Below are positions 48,005 to 57,365 of a DNA stretch of 64,000 nt, piece after piece (position 1 is the first letter of the stretch; each line of letters begins with the position of its first letter). The notes beneath the pieces were generated by a model. The model was not told the DNA's origin. It worked only from the letters and a program-made list of their open reading frames with translations, and ran no database searches. The DNA is from a bacterium (GTDB lineage Bacteria; UBA10199; 2-02-FULL-44-16; JAAZCA01): NCBI GenBank assembly GCA_963674695.2, contig CAXXGI010000003.1, positions 320,001-384,000 of the forward strand, written 5' to 3'. The position numbers and the translations under genes are program-made.

Positions 48005-48679
48005 TTATCCGTCGTCATGCGATGTGAGGCGCGGGATGCCGTATTCGATCTGAATGAGTTCGATGAGCGGCGGATGAAAGACCTGTGCCGCATCGAGCTG
48101 GGCGGCTTGGCACTTGCCATCGCGAAGCTCATAGGGGTCATAGATCATGGAGCTGGCGACCTGCAGCTCGAGGGCGTTTGATTCGCTCATGCGCACGGGT
48201 CCACGAAAGTGATTCGTCGTGCTGCTCTCCTGGCCGGCCTTGAGGACCAGGAATGAAGGGAGTTTCACGTCCATTTCATCCCCGCGGTATTGGATGAGGA
48301 CCGCAACGGCCTTGGCCTCATACTCGTTCAGGCGTTCCGCATAGTGCGGATTGTGCGAGCGGTTGGCCCGGATACGCGTGACGACCGCGTTCTTGGGCAG
48401 ATCGATGCGGCAGCGATGCCAGGCCTTGTAATCGCAGTCGAGCCCGCCCTCGATCGCCTCGAAGGTGGACGGACAGGTGCCGACCGGAATCGAGAGGGTG
48501 TGCATCTCCGGTGCATCCACTGGAAAGAGGTCACTCTTGGAGGCGGCCTTCATGCCCGATGTTTTAAGCTGGACGCTCGGGCCCTCAGAGAGGCGGACGG
48601 TGGCGTCTGAACGACCACGCGCAAACGCCGATGGCATGGCCAGGATGAGGATGGTGGCGATCATGAGCAGCTCTTTCAT
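48005..48679 (-). CDS. Secreted hypothetical protein
   Basis: Signal peptide MKELLMIATILILAMPSAFA; GAGGGGG SD. Confidence 0.65.
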   Translation of the reverse strand: MKELLMIATILILAMPSAFARGRSDATVRLSEGPSVQLKTSGMKAASKSDLFPVDAPEMHTLSIPVGTCPSTFEAIEGGLDCDYKAWHRCRIDLPKNAVVTRIRANRSHNPHYAERLNEYEAKAVAVLIQYRGDEMDVKLPSFLVLKAGQESSTTNHFRGPVRMSESNALELQVASSMIYDPYELRDGKCQAAQLDAAQVFHPPLIELIQIEYGIPRLTSHDDG

Positions 48680-48797
48680 GGTATCCCCCTCGTTCGGTAA
48701 GGGTACGACACCATATTCTGTGCATAAGATATGCCAGGGGAGGGTGGGTTATCCGACGCGAGGAGGAGGTGTACAAGGGGGTGGAGAATGGATTACA

Positions 48798-49250
48798 ATG
48801 CTTCTTATGACACCGATGCGTATGCTGTTTTTGGCCTGTTTCACCCTCTCCACGCTGATGGCCTGTTCCTCGCCCCCACCGCCCGTAGCGAGAGCGATCA
48901 CGAAGAAGGGTGCGATCGAGCAGGTGATCGCCCTTCCCGAAGTGACCAATCTCGTGGCGCTGATGGAGCACCAAGCCAAGACATTTCCGGTTGAGCCCAC
49001 CATCGGCGCACGGATGGTCGAAGAGGGTCCGATGCAAGGGACGTTCATGGTGAGCGTCGGGGAAAAACGCATCGGGCGGATCCTGATCCTGTATCGTTTC
49101 TTTGTGCGTCAATCTGACGGAGCGCTCTTCGTCGAGGATACGCGCGATGGTGGGACGTTGTCGCTGGCCGCGTGGCGGATGAAATACGAGCAACAGCTCA
49201 AAGAAGTAGAGGCCTCAGCACAGGCCCTGCAGCAGAAGAAATCGGAATAG
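48798..49250 (+). CDS. Hypothetical lipoprotein
   Basis: Lipobox LMAC followed by a Pro-rich linker; start uncertain (48798-48822). Confidence 0.6.
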   Translation: MLLMTPMRMLFLACFTLSTLMACSSPPPPVARAITKKGAIEQVIALPEVTNLVALMEHQAKTFPVEPTIGARMVEEGPMQGTFMVSVGEKRIGRILILYRFFVRQSDGALFVEDTRDGGTLSLAAWRMKYEQQLKEVEASAQALQQKKSE

Positions 49251-49275
49251 AACCGTTCGTCGTTCGCTGTATTTC

Positions 49276-50232
49276 TTACTTCGTGGGTCTGACGATATCG
49301 CCGCGGGCAAAACCCTGACCGTCGAGGATGGAGGCTTTGCTGTATTTCGGATGCGCTTTCACGATGCGGATTTTACCCGCCGGGGTCTCCTCAACGCCCA
49401 GGAGCGCGCCGGTCACCGGATCGGTGAGTTCTTCCCCGAGCGTAAAGACGTCGAATTCCTCGCCGTCGTAGACGCCGGCGTCCGAGCCTGCGTTGATATA
49501 GATGAAGTCGTTCGCGGTCTTTATGATGCGTCCCTCCCAGGAGACCTTATCCATATTGCGCACGATCCAACGCACACAGCGATCCATGGCGCGCGAGACC
49601 GTTTTGTCGAGCGTCTGACGAAGCGTTCCACCGGTTCCGCCGATGATTGGCCCGTACATGCCGCCCCCCACGAAGCCGAAGCTGGAGCGGCTCTTCATGC
49701 ACTGGTGCGAACCCTTGATGGCGAGCGTGGTCGTGTCGTACCAGCGCACGATCATGCTGACCTTGTCGGAGCTGACGCCGACACCGCCGGCACCAACGCC
49801 GCCGCCGATCGGTGCGCCCGCGCCTATGCCGATCGTGGAGCCCTTGCCCACGCCGGTGAGCACGCCGACGAAGAGCGCCTGGGCCGCGAGCGATTTTCCC
49901 GTTTCCGCTCCTTGGCCTGATGAACGCCCGGTCTGCTTGGCCGCCTGTTCGCGTTCCGCTGCGCGATCGAGCGTGAGGTCTTCGACCTTCCGGTCGCGCT
50001 CCACCACGATGAATTTTCCCGTGTTCACGAGTTTGTCGACGAGCAGATCGCCCATATTCATGGCGACATCCGGGCCTACCGTGACATCCTCGGTCTTAAA
50101 CCCCGTGACGGCGACGACCTTCTTCAGGTGTGTGGGCGTGAGCTTGGCATGTTTGCCCGCACATCCATATCCAGCAGACGCGATGGCGATGACGAGGATG
50201 ATGAGGGCAAGGGGGCGTATCGTTGAGGGCAT
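49276..50232 (-). CDS. CsgG/HfaB family lipoprotein with FlgT-like C-terminal domain
   Basis: LKKVVAVTGF, LVNTGKFIVVERD, IYINAGSDAGV..GEEF.V...GEEL.DPVTG..LG. Confidence 0.85.
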   Translation of the reverse strand: MPSTIRPLALIILVIAIASAGYGCAGKHAKLTPTHLKKVVAVTGFKTEDVTVGPDVAMNMGDLLVDKLVNTGKFIVVERDRKVEDLTLDRAAEREQAAKQTGRSSGQGAETGKSLAAQALFVGVLTGVGKGSTIGIGAGAPIGGGVGAGGVGVSSDKVSMIVRWYDTTTLAIKGSHQCMKSRSSFGFVGGGMYGPIIGGTGGTLRQTLDKTVSRAMDRCVRWIVRNMDKVSWEGRIIKTANDFIYINAGSDAGVYDGEEFDVFTLGEELTDPVTGALLGVEETPAGKIRIVKAHPKYSKASILDGQGFARGDIVRPTK

Positions 50233-50380
50233 AGATCCTCCGAAGCGTGTTCGCCAGCCCTATCATAGCCCAGGCGGGGTGACAAGCGCGTGATGATCCA
50301 ACCTCTGATTTTCGCTGGATGTTTCTCAAGGGATGCGCTAACGCATCCCCTCGACGTATCGGGCTGGGGGGAGAAGGCGG

Positions 50381-50869
50381 ATGAGACGATGCAAATGGAT
50401 GGCTCTCGTGGCGATGATGGCGTTGATCTCGGTCGCCTGTGCGAAGGGTGCTTCGAAGTGGACGCGACGAACGCATTGGCAGGATGAGGACCATCATTAT
50501 GTCGTCGGAAGCGCGCAGGGGGCAGCGACGGAAGCGGAGGGCTTGAGCGCCTCCTATGCGGATGCCATTGCCCGGAGTCGCTCGTTGCTCTTCGGGGTTC
50601 CGGTCCGCGATGTTGCTACAGTGGCAACGGGTTCCGAACGGTGTATCGAGATTGCCGATGGCCTCTTTGTCCCGATCGAAGAGATTCAGCTGCGCGCACT
50701 TCCTCAGGAGTCTTTCGTCGAGCGCGTTTCCCCGAAGGATGGGGGTGGATTCAACGTCTATCGCAGCGTTGTCGTACGCAAAATCGATGTGGCGCGTGAG
50801 ATCGAGCGCTTGCAAGAGTTGATGCACGTGCGCAAGGGGCGGATCTGTCGAGACCACGGACCGGAGTGA
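50381..50869 (+). CDS. Hypothetical lipoprotein (LPP20-like)
   Basis: Lipobox SVAC; W....HYVVGSA....EAEGL..A.ADA pattern. Confidence 0.6.
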   Translation: MRRCKWMALVAMMALISVACAKGASKWTRRTHWQDEDHHYVVGSAQGAATEAEGLSASYADAIARSRSLLFGVPVRDVATVATGSERCIEIADGLFVPIEEIQLRALPQESFVERVSPKDGGGFNVYRSVVVRKIDVAREIERLQELMHVRKGRICRDHGPE

Positions 50870-50884
50870 GGAAGGGAGCTGGGC

Positions 50885-51784
50885 ATGAAACGAATGTGTC
50901 TCATCGCGGTGCTGCTCTGTTGCTGTTGGGCCATGTCCGCTGCTGCCTCCGAGGTGATGGTCAGCGCTTCGAGCACCACCAGGACGGCGGCCGTCGAGGG
51001 TCTGTGTCGCCGTGCGGTGGAGCAGGCGGTGGAAAGCGTCATCGGCGACATGGCGACCCAGAAGAATCGAGACCGGCTCGATGCGTCGATGTATGGTTCC
51101 TGCAGCGAGTACATTACGGCCATGAAGATCTCCCAGGAGGAGAAGGACGAAGCCGGGACCTTCCAGTTGGCAGCGCGCGCGACCATCGATGATGTGCTCT
51201 TGCGCGACAAGCTCATCGCGCTGGGGTTGCTCGCGCCGGAGCGGGTGGCCACGGTAGCGGTTTTCGCCACGGAACGTTTTTTGGGCAACTGGGTCTACTC
51301 CTATTTCAACTCTATTTCTGATTCCGGCGGCGAGCCGAATGAATGTGAAGTGGCCCTGGGTTCGCAGCTGCGCGAGAGCGGTTTTTCTGAAGTCGATCTG
51401 GATTTTAGTGCCGACGAACGTCGCGCGGCTCGTTCCTTTCGGACGGTCTTCGGACGATATAAAGATCTGAGCGCATTGCCGAACGATACCGCCGTGCGCG
51501 CGGCGAAAATCGTCGATTCCGATGCCGTTGTGGTCGTGAGCTGCCGTGTGTTGGCCGATGTGGGCGATGGAAAGGACAGCGCCTTCATGTATAGCGCATG
51601 CGCAGAGGTTTCCTGCAAAGCGGTCGATACGGCGAGCAAGCGTCGTGTGAGCACCGCGTCCGCATCGAAGTGTGTTCCGCATGCCAACCGTACCACCGGC
51701 GGCATGGCGGCCATTCGAGCGGCCTGCAGTGAGATCGGAAAAAAGATGGGCAAGAAGCTGTCGGGGCGGTACATAAAACCATAA
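50885..51784 (+). CDS. Secreted hypothetical protein (FlgT N-terminal-like, Cys-rich)
   Basis: Signal peptide; A.....RRAVEQAV; operonic with its neighbours. Confidence 0.6.
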   Translation: MKRMCLIAVLLCCCWAMSAAASEVMVSASSTTRTAAVEGLCRRAVEQAVESVIGDMATQKNRDRLDASMYGSCSEYITAMKISQEEKDEAGTFQLAARATIDDVLLRDKLIALGLLAPERVATVAVFATERFLGNWVYSYFNSISDSGGEPNECEVALGSQLRESGFSEVDLDFSADERRAARSFRTVFGRYKDLSALPNDTAVRAAKIVDSDAVVVVSCRVLADVGDGKDSAFMYSACAEVSCKAVDTASKRRVSTASASKCVPHANRTTGGMAAIRAACSEIGKKMGKKLSGRYIKP

Positions 51785-51815
51785 AACGTGTTGCGTTGGC
51801 CGTGGTTTCTCCTTT

Positions 51816-51850
51816 CGGGTCACGGGTTACGGGTCACGGGTCACGGATTG
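51816..51850. repeat. 7-mer tandem array (CGGGTYA)x4 plus one degenerate unit
   Basis: cgggtca-cgggtta-cgggtca-cgggtca-cggattg ending 3 nt before ATG 51854. Confidence 0.8.
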
Positions 51851-51853
51851 CGA

Positions 51854-52435
51854 ATGGAACTGACACCCGCAAATCTATTAACGATGAGTCGATTGGTCCT
51901 CACACCGGTCTTTGCCATCCTGTTCCTGATGGGCATGAAGGGCTGGGCGCTGGGTACCTTCGCCGTGGCGGGGTTCACCGATCTCATCGACGGCACGGTG
52001 GCGCGGCTCACGGGGAAGCCCTCCAAGGGCGGTGCGTTGCTCGACCCGATCGCCGACAAACTGCTCGTCGAGACGAGCTTTGCGCTGCTCGTTTGGGCGG
52101 GGTTGTTGCCGCTCTGGTTTTTCCTCCTGGCGCTCGCGCGCGATCTGATGATCGTCGGCGGTATCATCTATCTTACCCGTGTGAAGGCGCCGCTTCCTTA
52201 CGGCGCTTCGCTCGTCTCGAAGTGTGCCACGCTTATGCAGCTTGCGGTCACGATTCTGGGCCTCATTCTCTGGAAACGCGTTGAACTCTATGAGGTGGGC
52301 GACGCGCTTCAAACCTGGTTCGAGGTGGCGGTGGTCGTGGCGGCATTGCTCATTCTCATCAGCGGCGTCCATTACACGCTGATGGGCCTGCGCATTCTGC
52401 GAACGAATAAGCAGCGGAAGGACGAGCGGGCATGA
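51854..52435 (+). CDS. CDP-alcohol phosphatidyltransferase (PgsA-like)
   Basis: TPANLLTMSR, TDLIDGTVAR....S.GGALLDPIADK. Confidence 0.92.
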   Translation: MELTPANLLTMSRLVLTPVFAILFLMGMKGWALGTFAVAGFTDLIDGTVARLTGKPSKGGALLDPIADKLLVETSFALLVWAGLLPLWFFLLALARDLMIVGGIIYLTRVKAPLPYGASLVSKCATLMQLAVTILGLILWKRVELYEVGDALQTWFEVAVVVAALLILISGVHYTLMGLRILRTNKQRKDERA

Positions 52436-53514
52436 CGCGTGAACGGATACGGCTCGTCATCAGCGATTTTCACATGGGCGCCGGCGCAACGCTTCCCGAT
52501 GGGCGTCCGAACTATCTCGAAGATTTCCAGCACGATTCCAAACTCGTCGAGTTCCTCGAATATTACCACCAGAAGCAGTATGCCAAGGCCCAGATCGAGC
52601 TCATCATCAACGGCGATTTTTTCAATCAGCTCCAGGTTTATCCGGACGAGCCCCATCCGACGCTCATGTCCGAGCAGGTAGCCCTGCGGCGCACGAAGGC
52701 GATCATAGATGGTCATCCGGAAGTCTTCTCCGCGATGCAGGCCTTCGCGGCGGCGCCGAACCATTCGATCACCTTTCTGATCGGCAATCACGACATCGGG
52801 CTCTTATGGCCGGCCGTGCAGCAACTCCTCCCCGAGCGTCTGGGTGAGAGCGTGCGCGTGCATCCCGACCCCGTCTATCACGACGATGGAATCTGGATCG
52901 AACACGGCAATCAGCGCGTGGCGGAAAACCGCATCGATTTTGAACACCCCTTTTTGGAAAACGGCGACGGCGACCCCATTATTAACATGCCGTGGGGAAA
53001 TCTTTTCGTCGTGAGCTTTCTCAATAAGGTTAAACGCCAGCGTCCCTATATCGACAAGGTCTTTCCCTTTCGTATGTATCTGCGGTGGGCCTTCATCCAT
53101 GACACCTGGTTTGCGCTGAAGGCATGCGCGGTAGGGCTGACGTATTTTTTGGGGGTGCTCCTCGGCATCGGCGAGAACCGACGTTTTTCTCGTCAGGAAT
53201 TTTTCAAGATCGCCAAAGAATTCTCCTTTCCCGTCAAGATGGACCGTGCGGCCAAACGCCTCTTCGCCCTCCATCCGGAGCTCAGCGTTATCGTCTTCGG
53301 CCATGGGCACCGGGCGGTCTCCAAGCAGGTGCAGGAGGGCAAGGCCTATTTCAATACCGGCATCTGGAACGAGATGACCAGCCTCGATATCAGCACCATG
53401 GGACTCCAACTCTTTCTCACCTTCGTTGAGATTCACACCGACCGCAAAACAGGAGCGCCGAATGCGAAGTTGCGCATCTGGAAGGGGACCTACCGCGAAG
53501 TCGAGGATGCCTGA
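52432..53514 (+). CDS. Calcineurin-like metallophosphoesterase
   Basis: ISDFHMG, INGDF, GNHD, EHGN, FGHGH, NTG motifs. Confidence 0.88.
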   Translation: MTRERIRLVISDFHMGAGATLPDGRPNYLEDFQHDSKLVEFLEYYHQKQYAKAQIELIINGDFFNQLQVYPDEPHPTLMSEQVALRRTKAIIDGHPEVFSAMQAFAAAPNHSITFLIGNHDIGLLWPAVQQLLPERLGESVRVHPDPVYHDDGIWIEHGNQRVAENRIDFEHPFLENGDGDPIINMPWGNLFVVSFLNKVKRQRPYIDKVFPFRMYLRWAFIHDTWFALKACAVGLTYFLGVLLGIGENRRFSRQEFFKIAKEFSFPVKMDRAAKRLFALHPELSVIVFGHGHRAVSKQVQEGKAYFNTGIWNEMTSLDISTMGLQLFLTFVEIHTDRKTGAPNAKLRIWKGTYREVEDA

Positions 53515-54172
53515 AACCGTGTCACCCATCCACTATCAAGATCTTGGTGTTGTTCCTTATCGCGAGGCGCTGGCGTTGCAGGAAAAGCTGCGTGAAGAGC
53601 GCATCGCCGAGGCGATTGGCGATCGGCTCCTGCTGCTCGAACACCCGAAGGTCTTTACCGAGGGGCGCCGTGACAGCAGTGGGGATTTTCTCTCCTCCGA
53701 AGCGGTCATTCGCGCCGAGGGGATCGATATCGTGAAGGTCAACCGGGGCGGGCGCATCACCTACCATGGTCCGGGACAGCTCGTGGCCTACTTCATCATG
53801 GGGCTCGATTCCGTCGGTCTGGGCGTGAAGGAGTTCGTTCGCGCCATCGAGGAGATCTGCTTGGGCGTCTTGGCCGACTGTGGTGTGGAGGGTCAGCGCG
53901 ATGAAGCGCATCCTGGCATCTGGGTGGGGCGCGACAAGATCACGGCCATCGGTCTCAATATCGCGCATGGGGTGACGCAGCATGGTCTGGCGATGAACGT
54001 CGATCTGGATCTCGCACCCTATCAGCACATCCTCGCCTGCGGCATTCGCGATCGCGGCGTGACATCGATAGCGCGCGTTGCATCGGAGGTGGCGTCGATG
54101 GATCGGGCCAAAGGCCTGCTCATCGCGCACGTCGGCCGTATTCTTGGGCGGGAGATGGTGGAGGAAATCTAA
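53507..54172 (+). CDS. lipB: Octanoyltransferase LipB
   Basis: LLLEHPKVFTEGR, RGGRITYHGPGQLVAY, KITAIG, HGLAMNV, ILACGI. Confidence 0.95.
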   Translation: MPETVSPIHYQDLGVVPYREALALQEKLREERIAEAIGDRLLLLEHPKVFTEGRRDSSGDFLSSEAVIRAEGIDIVKVNRGGRITYHGPGQLVAYFIMGLDSVGLGVKEFVRAIEEICLGVLADCGVEGQRDEAHPGIWVGRDKITAIGLNIAHGVTQHGLAMNVDLDLAPYQHILACGIRDRGVTSIARVASEVASMDRAKGLLIAHVGRILGREMVEEI

Positions 54173-54194
54173 GGCGTGTCCTCATTTCAGGGGG

Positions 54195-54292
54195 TGTCAT
54201 TCCCGCGAAAGCGGGAATCTCGCTTATAATGGCAGATCGAGATCCCCGGTGGAGCCTGCCCTCGAGTGATTGAATCGGGGGCGGGAATGACA
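54195..54292. repeat. REP-like doublet (TGTCATTCCCGCGAAAGCGGGAATC...GGGAATGACA)
   Basis: Two inverted palindromic units between convergent genes. Confidence 0.75.
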
Positions 54293-54304
54293 ACTGACAG
54301 CGCG

Positions 54305-54523
54305 TTACGAAGAGAAGGTCAGCTCATCGATATGTGGTGTGGGCTCTTCTACGGGCGGTTCCTCATAGACCTCGACGTAGACGATCTTGCTCGCTTCATC
54401 CGGAAGATCCTTGAGATAGCTCTCGCGTTCCTTGCTGCTGAGGGCTCCCTCCGTCCGGGCGCGTTCGATGATGCGTTGGTCAAACTTCATTGCTTCGGGG
54501 AAGCTCAAGTCTTTCTTCGTCAT
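54305..54523 (-). CDS. Small hypothetical protein
   Basis: AAGGAG SD; FDQRIIER...G.LS.KE.ESYLKDLPD; lies directly downstream of the DAC gene. Confidence 0.75.
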   Translation of the reverse strand: MTKKDLSFPEAMKFDQRIIERARTEGALSSKERESYLKDLPDEASKIVYVEVYEEPPVEEPTPHIDELTFSS

Positions 54524-54550
54524 ACGGTGTTTCGCTCCTTCCTGCTGGTG

Positions 54551-55444
54551 CTATTTTTTGGCGGGGGCCTTTTCAATGTGCATGATAATTTTGCCGTCTT
54601 TGAAGATGCGTACATCGCCCGAGGATTCCGAGATAACAAAGGCGATGGCGCGGGTCAAGCTGGTGATCCCGGCGGCGGCGATGTGTCGGCTGCCCAACCC
54701 GCGGGGGAGGGTCGACTCGTCGAAGGCCGCGCCAAGATAACGACCGGCGGTGAGTACGGTGCCGTCCTCTGAAATGATGAAGGCGCCGTCCATCGCGGAG
54801 AACTCGCGCATCGTCTCCTTCAGGGCGTGTGAGAGGATGTTGCGCTCCTCTTCGTCGTATCCCTTGAAGGGGTTCATGATCATCTGCTTGGACAGCTGCA
54901 ATACTTTTTCGTGATCGCCCACCACGAAGATGGTGCCGATCGGTTTTCCCTCACGCCCTTTGTCGGCCAGCTCGATGGCGAGGTTTAAGACTTCTTGGAA
55001 GAGCTCCGGCTGCACCGTTTCAGAGAGCTTGGTGATGCCGCGGCCGGCGATAATTTCAGATTCGCGCCCGGTGTCGACGGTCTGGATGAGATCGATGGGC
55101 GAGGAATCAGCACCCCCGACGGCGAAGACAATCTTGGATCCCGGTTCGATGATCTCCTGCGAGAGCGCCAGGGTTGTGGCCACCTTGATGAGCGTGACGC
55201 GCGTGAGCGCGATGCGGGGCAACGTGATGACGGCTTTTGCAATGGCTCCGAGCGATTTCCTTTCGCCCTTGTCGACATCGAACCGACGTTTGCGTGTGAG
55301 CAGGACCAGCTTGAACTTCTTGGCGACGCGCTCTTCAAAGATGAGATCGTCGAGCGGGTCGGCATGGACGAGCACCGCCTTGGCGCCAACCTTGTTGGCG
55401 ATGCCGAAGGCCGCTTTCAACATGTGGGCGTTTTCTGCGTGCAT
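54551..55444 (-). CDS. Diadenylate cyclase (DAC/DisA_N) with N-terminal PK-C-like domain (DacZ/CdaZ type)
   Basis: EGKPIGTIFVVGD, DGAFII, GLGSRHIAAAGIT, VISESSG; start MHAEN at 55444. Confidence 0.88.
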   Translation of the reverse strand: MHAENAHMLKAAFGIANKVGAKAVLVHADPLDDLIFEERVAKKFKLVLLTRKRRFDVDKGERKSLGAIAKAVITLPRIALTRVTLIKVATTLALSQEIIEPGSKIVFAVGGADSSPIDLIQTVDTGRESEIIAGRGITKLSETVQPELFQEVLNLAIELADKGREGKPIGTIFVVGDHEKVLQLSKQMIMNPFKGYDEEERNILSHALKETMREFSAMDGAFIISEDGTVLTAGRYLGAAFDESTLPRGLGSRHIAAAGITSLTRAIAFVISESSGDVRIFKDGKIIMHIEKAPAKK

Positions 55445-55598
55445 ACGGCTTGCAACATAACGGATTGAACGCACGACATCAAGGGGAAAGCAGCGAAATG
55501 CAGGCATTAGCGGAGGGTCGATCGGAATATTTTGCAGAATCCGTGCCGGTTCGCCTCGTCGATTGACCTGCCATGGGGCATCATGTACTTTCGGCATT

Positions 55599-57233
55599 AT
55601 GAAACGGTTCAGTTCCTTGATCGCATGCCTGCTTCTCTTCATTGGATCGGTTTCCGCGTTTGCCGCGTTGACGCCATCATCCCCGTTTCGGGTCGAGTGG
55701 AATGGGGGCGAGCAGGAGATTCAAGCGGGGAAGCCTTTTACGCTCTCCCTCACCATTCGCGTTCCGGAGGGACACCATCTCTACGCGGATGAAACGGATG
55801 TCGATTTCGCCAGCCTTGAGGGCCTGCGCATCGACGACATTCGGTATCCGAAGGCCATCTCCTATCAGGATCCATTCCTCGGCCACACGGTCTCGATCTT
55901 TCGGGGGGATGTCTCGATTCACATCGAGGGGGCGGTGCCGGCGGGGCTCGATCCGGGCGAGCATGAGTTGATCGCGCAGCTGCGCTTCCGCGGCTGTTCG
56001 GAGACGCTCTGCTATCGCCCCGAGGAGCACGATGTTCCGTTTCTGCTCGAGGTGATGCCGCCAGCCGGGGCGCTCGAGGGCAATCCCAGGCCGCGGGCCC
56101 AGGCACCGATGGCGGATGGATCGGAGGAGATGGGCCTGCGTGGTCTTCTCCACCTGCGCGATTTTCGCGCCTTGCTCGATCGCGGGGTGATCTGGACGGT
56201 GCTCATCGTCTTCCTCGCCGGGTTTTTGACGTCGCTGACCCCCTGCGTCTGGCCGATCCTGCCGGCCGTGCTTCTCTTCGTGGGGGTGCATCCCCATAAA
56301 CGGTTCTGGGAGAACGCGCTGCTCGCGCTTTCGCTCACCTCGGGGCTCATCCTGGTCTATACGCTCCTGGGGATGGCGGCGGTCATCTTCGGCAAGAATC
56401 TGGGGTTTCTCTTTCAAAACCGCGTCTTCCTCGCCCTGGTGGTCGTCTTCTTCATCTGCATGAGTCTGGCCATGTTCGGGGCCTTCGATCTGCGTATGCC
56501 GCGCCGGTGGCAGGAGCGGATGCATCGCCTCGGCGGCGAGGGATATCGCGGCGCCTTCCTGGCGGGACTCGGGATTGGGCTGGTCGCCTCGCCCTGTGCC
56601 GGGCCGGTGCTGGCGGCCCTGTTGGGATATGTCGCCATCGGGCGCAGCTACAGCATGGGCGTGGCGTTGCTCATCGTCTATGGCATGGGGATGGGCGTGA
56701 CCTTCGTCATTCTCGGTGCGGGATATGGGGAGCTGGCGGGCAAACTCAAGGGTGGTCCCTGGATGGTCTGGATTCGCCGAGGCTTGGGCGTGCTCTTACT
56801 CTTTCCCGCGGCGTTCTACCTGGGCAGCTTCTTCGGCTGGGGGGGCGGCGATCTGCCGACGCGCGCGGGTGGCTCCCACATCGAATGGTTCCTCCAGGAG
56901 GAGGACGCGCTCGAGCAGGCGCGCAAGAGCGGCAAGCCGATCATGATCGACTTTCGCGCCGATTGGTGCCCGCCCTGTCGGGCGCTGGAACGCGATTTCT
57001 TCCGTCGTCCTGAGATCGTCGAACTGTCGAAGCAGCTCGTGCCGCTCAAGATCGATGGCACCGTTGAGACCGATGAGGTGAGCGAGATCCTCGATCGCTA
57101 TAGGGTCATGGGGTGGCCGACCTTCATCTTTCTCGATCCCAAGGGCCGGCCGATGGAAGGGCTGTGCACGACCGACTACGATCCGGCCACGCTCACCGAG
57201 TGCATGCGCGGGGCGATCGAACGAACGAAATAG
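55599..57233 (+). CDS. dsbD: Thiol:disulfide interchange protein DsbD
   Basis: N-domain GCSETLCY, TM domain SLTPCVWP and ASPCAGP, thioredoxin ADWCPPC. Confidence 0.93.
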   Translation: MKRFSSLIACLLLFIGSVSAFAALTPSSPFRVEWNGGEQEIQAGKPFTLSLTIRVPEGHHLYADETDVDFASLEGLRIDDIRYPKAISYQDPFLGHTVSIFRGDVSIHIEGAVPAGLDPGEHELIAQLRFRGCSETLCYRPEEHDVPFLLEVMPPAGALEGNPRPRAQAPMADGSEEMGLRGLLHLRDFRALLDRGVIWTVLIVFLAGFLTSLTPCVWPILPAVLLFVGVHPHKRFWENALLALSLTSGLILVYTLLGMAAVIFGKNLGFLFQNRVFLALVVVFFICMSLAMFGAFDLRMPRRWQERMHRLGGEGYRGAFLAGLGIGLVASPCAGPVLAALLGYVAIGRSYSMGVALLIVYGMGMGVTFVILGAGYGELAGKLKGGPWMVWIRRGLGVLLLFPAAFYLGSFFGWGGGDLPTRAGGSHIEWFLQEEDALEQARKSGKPIMIDFRADWCPPCRALERDFFRRPEIVELSKQLVPLKIDGTVETDEVSEILDRYRVMGWPTFIFLDPKGRPMEGLCTTDYDPATLTECMRGAIERTK

Positions 57234-57308
57234 CGACGAAGGGCGACGGATGAAGGACGAAACAGCGTTTTCGTCTGAGATCGCACAGGGATCACCGATT
57301 TTAGTTTG

Positions 57309-57340
57309 TGTCATTCCCGCGAGGGGTAAGCGGGAATCTC
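57309..57340. repeat. REP-like palindrome TGTCATTCCCGC...GCGGGAATCTC
   Basis: Same family as 24925 and 54195. Confidence 0.7.
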
Positions 57341-57365
57341 GATTGATGTGATGTTACGGGGGAAC

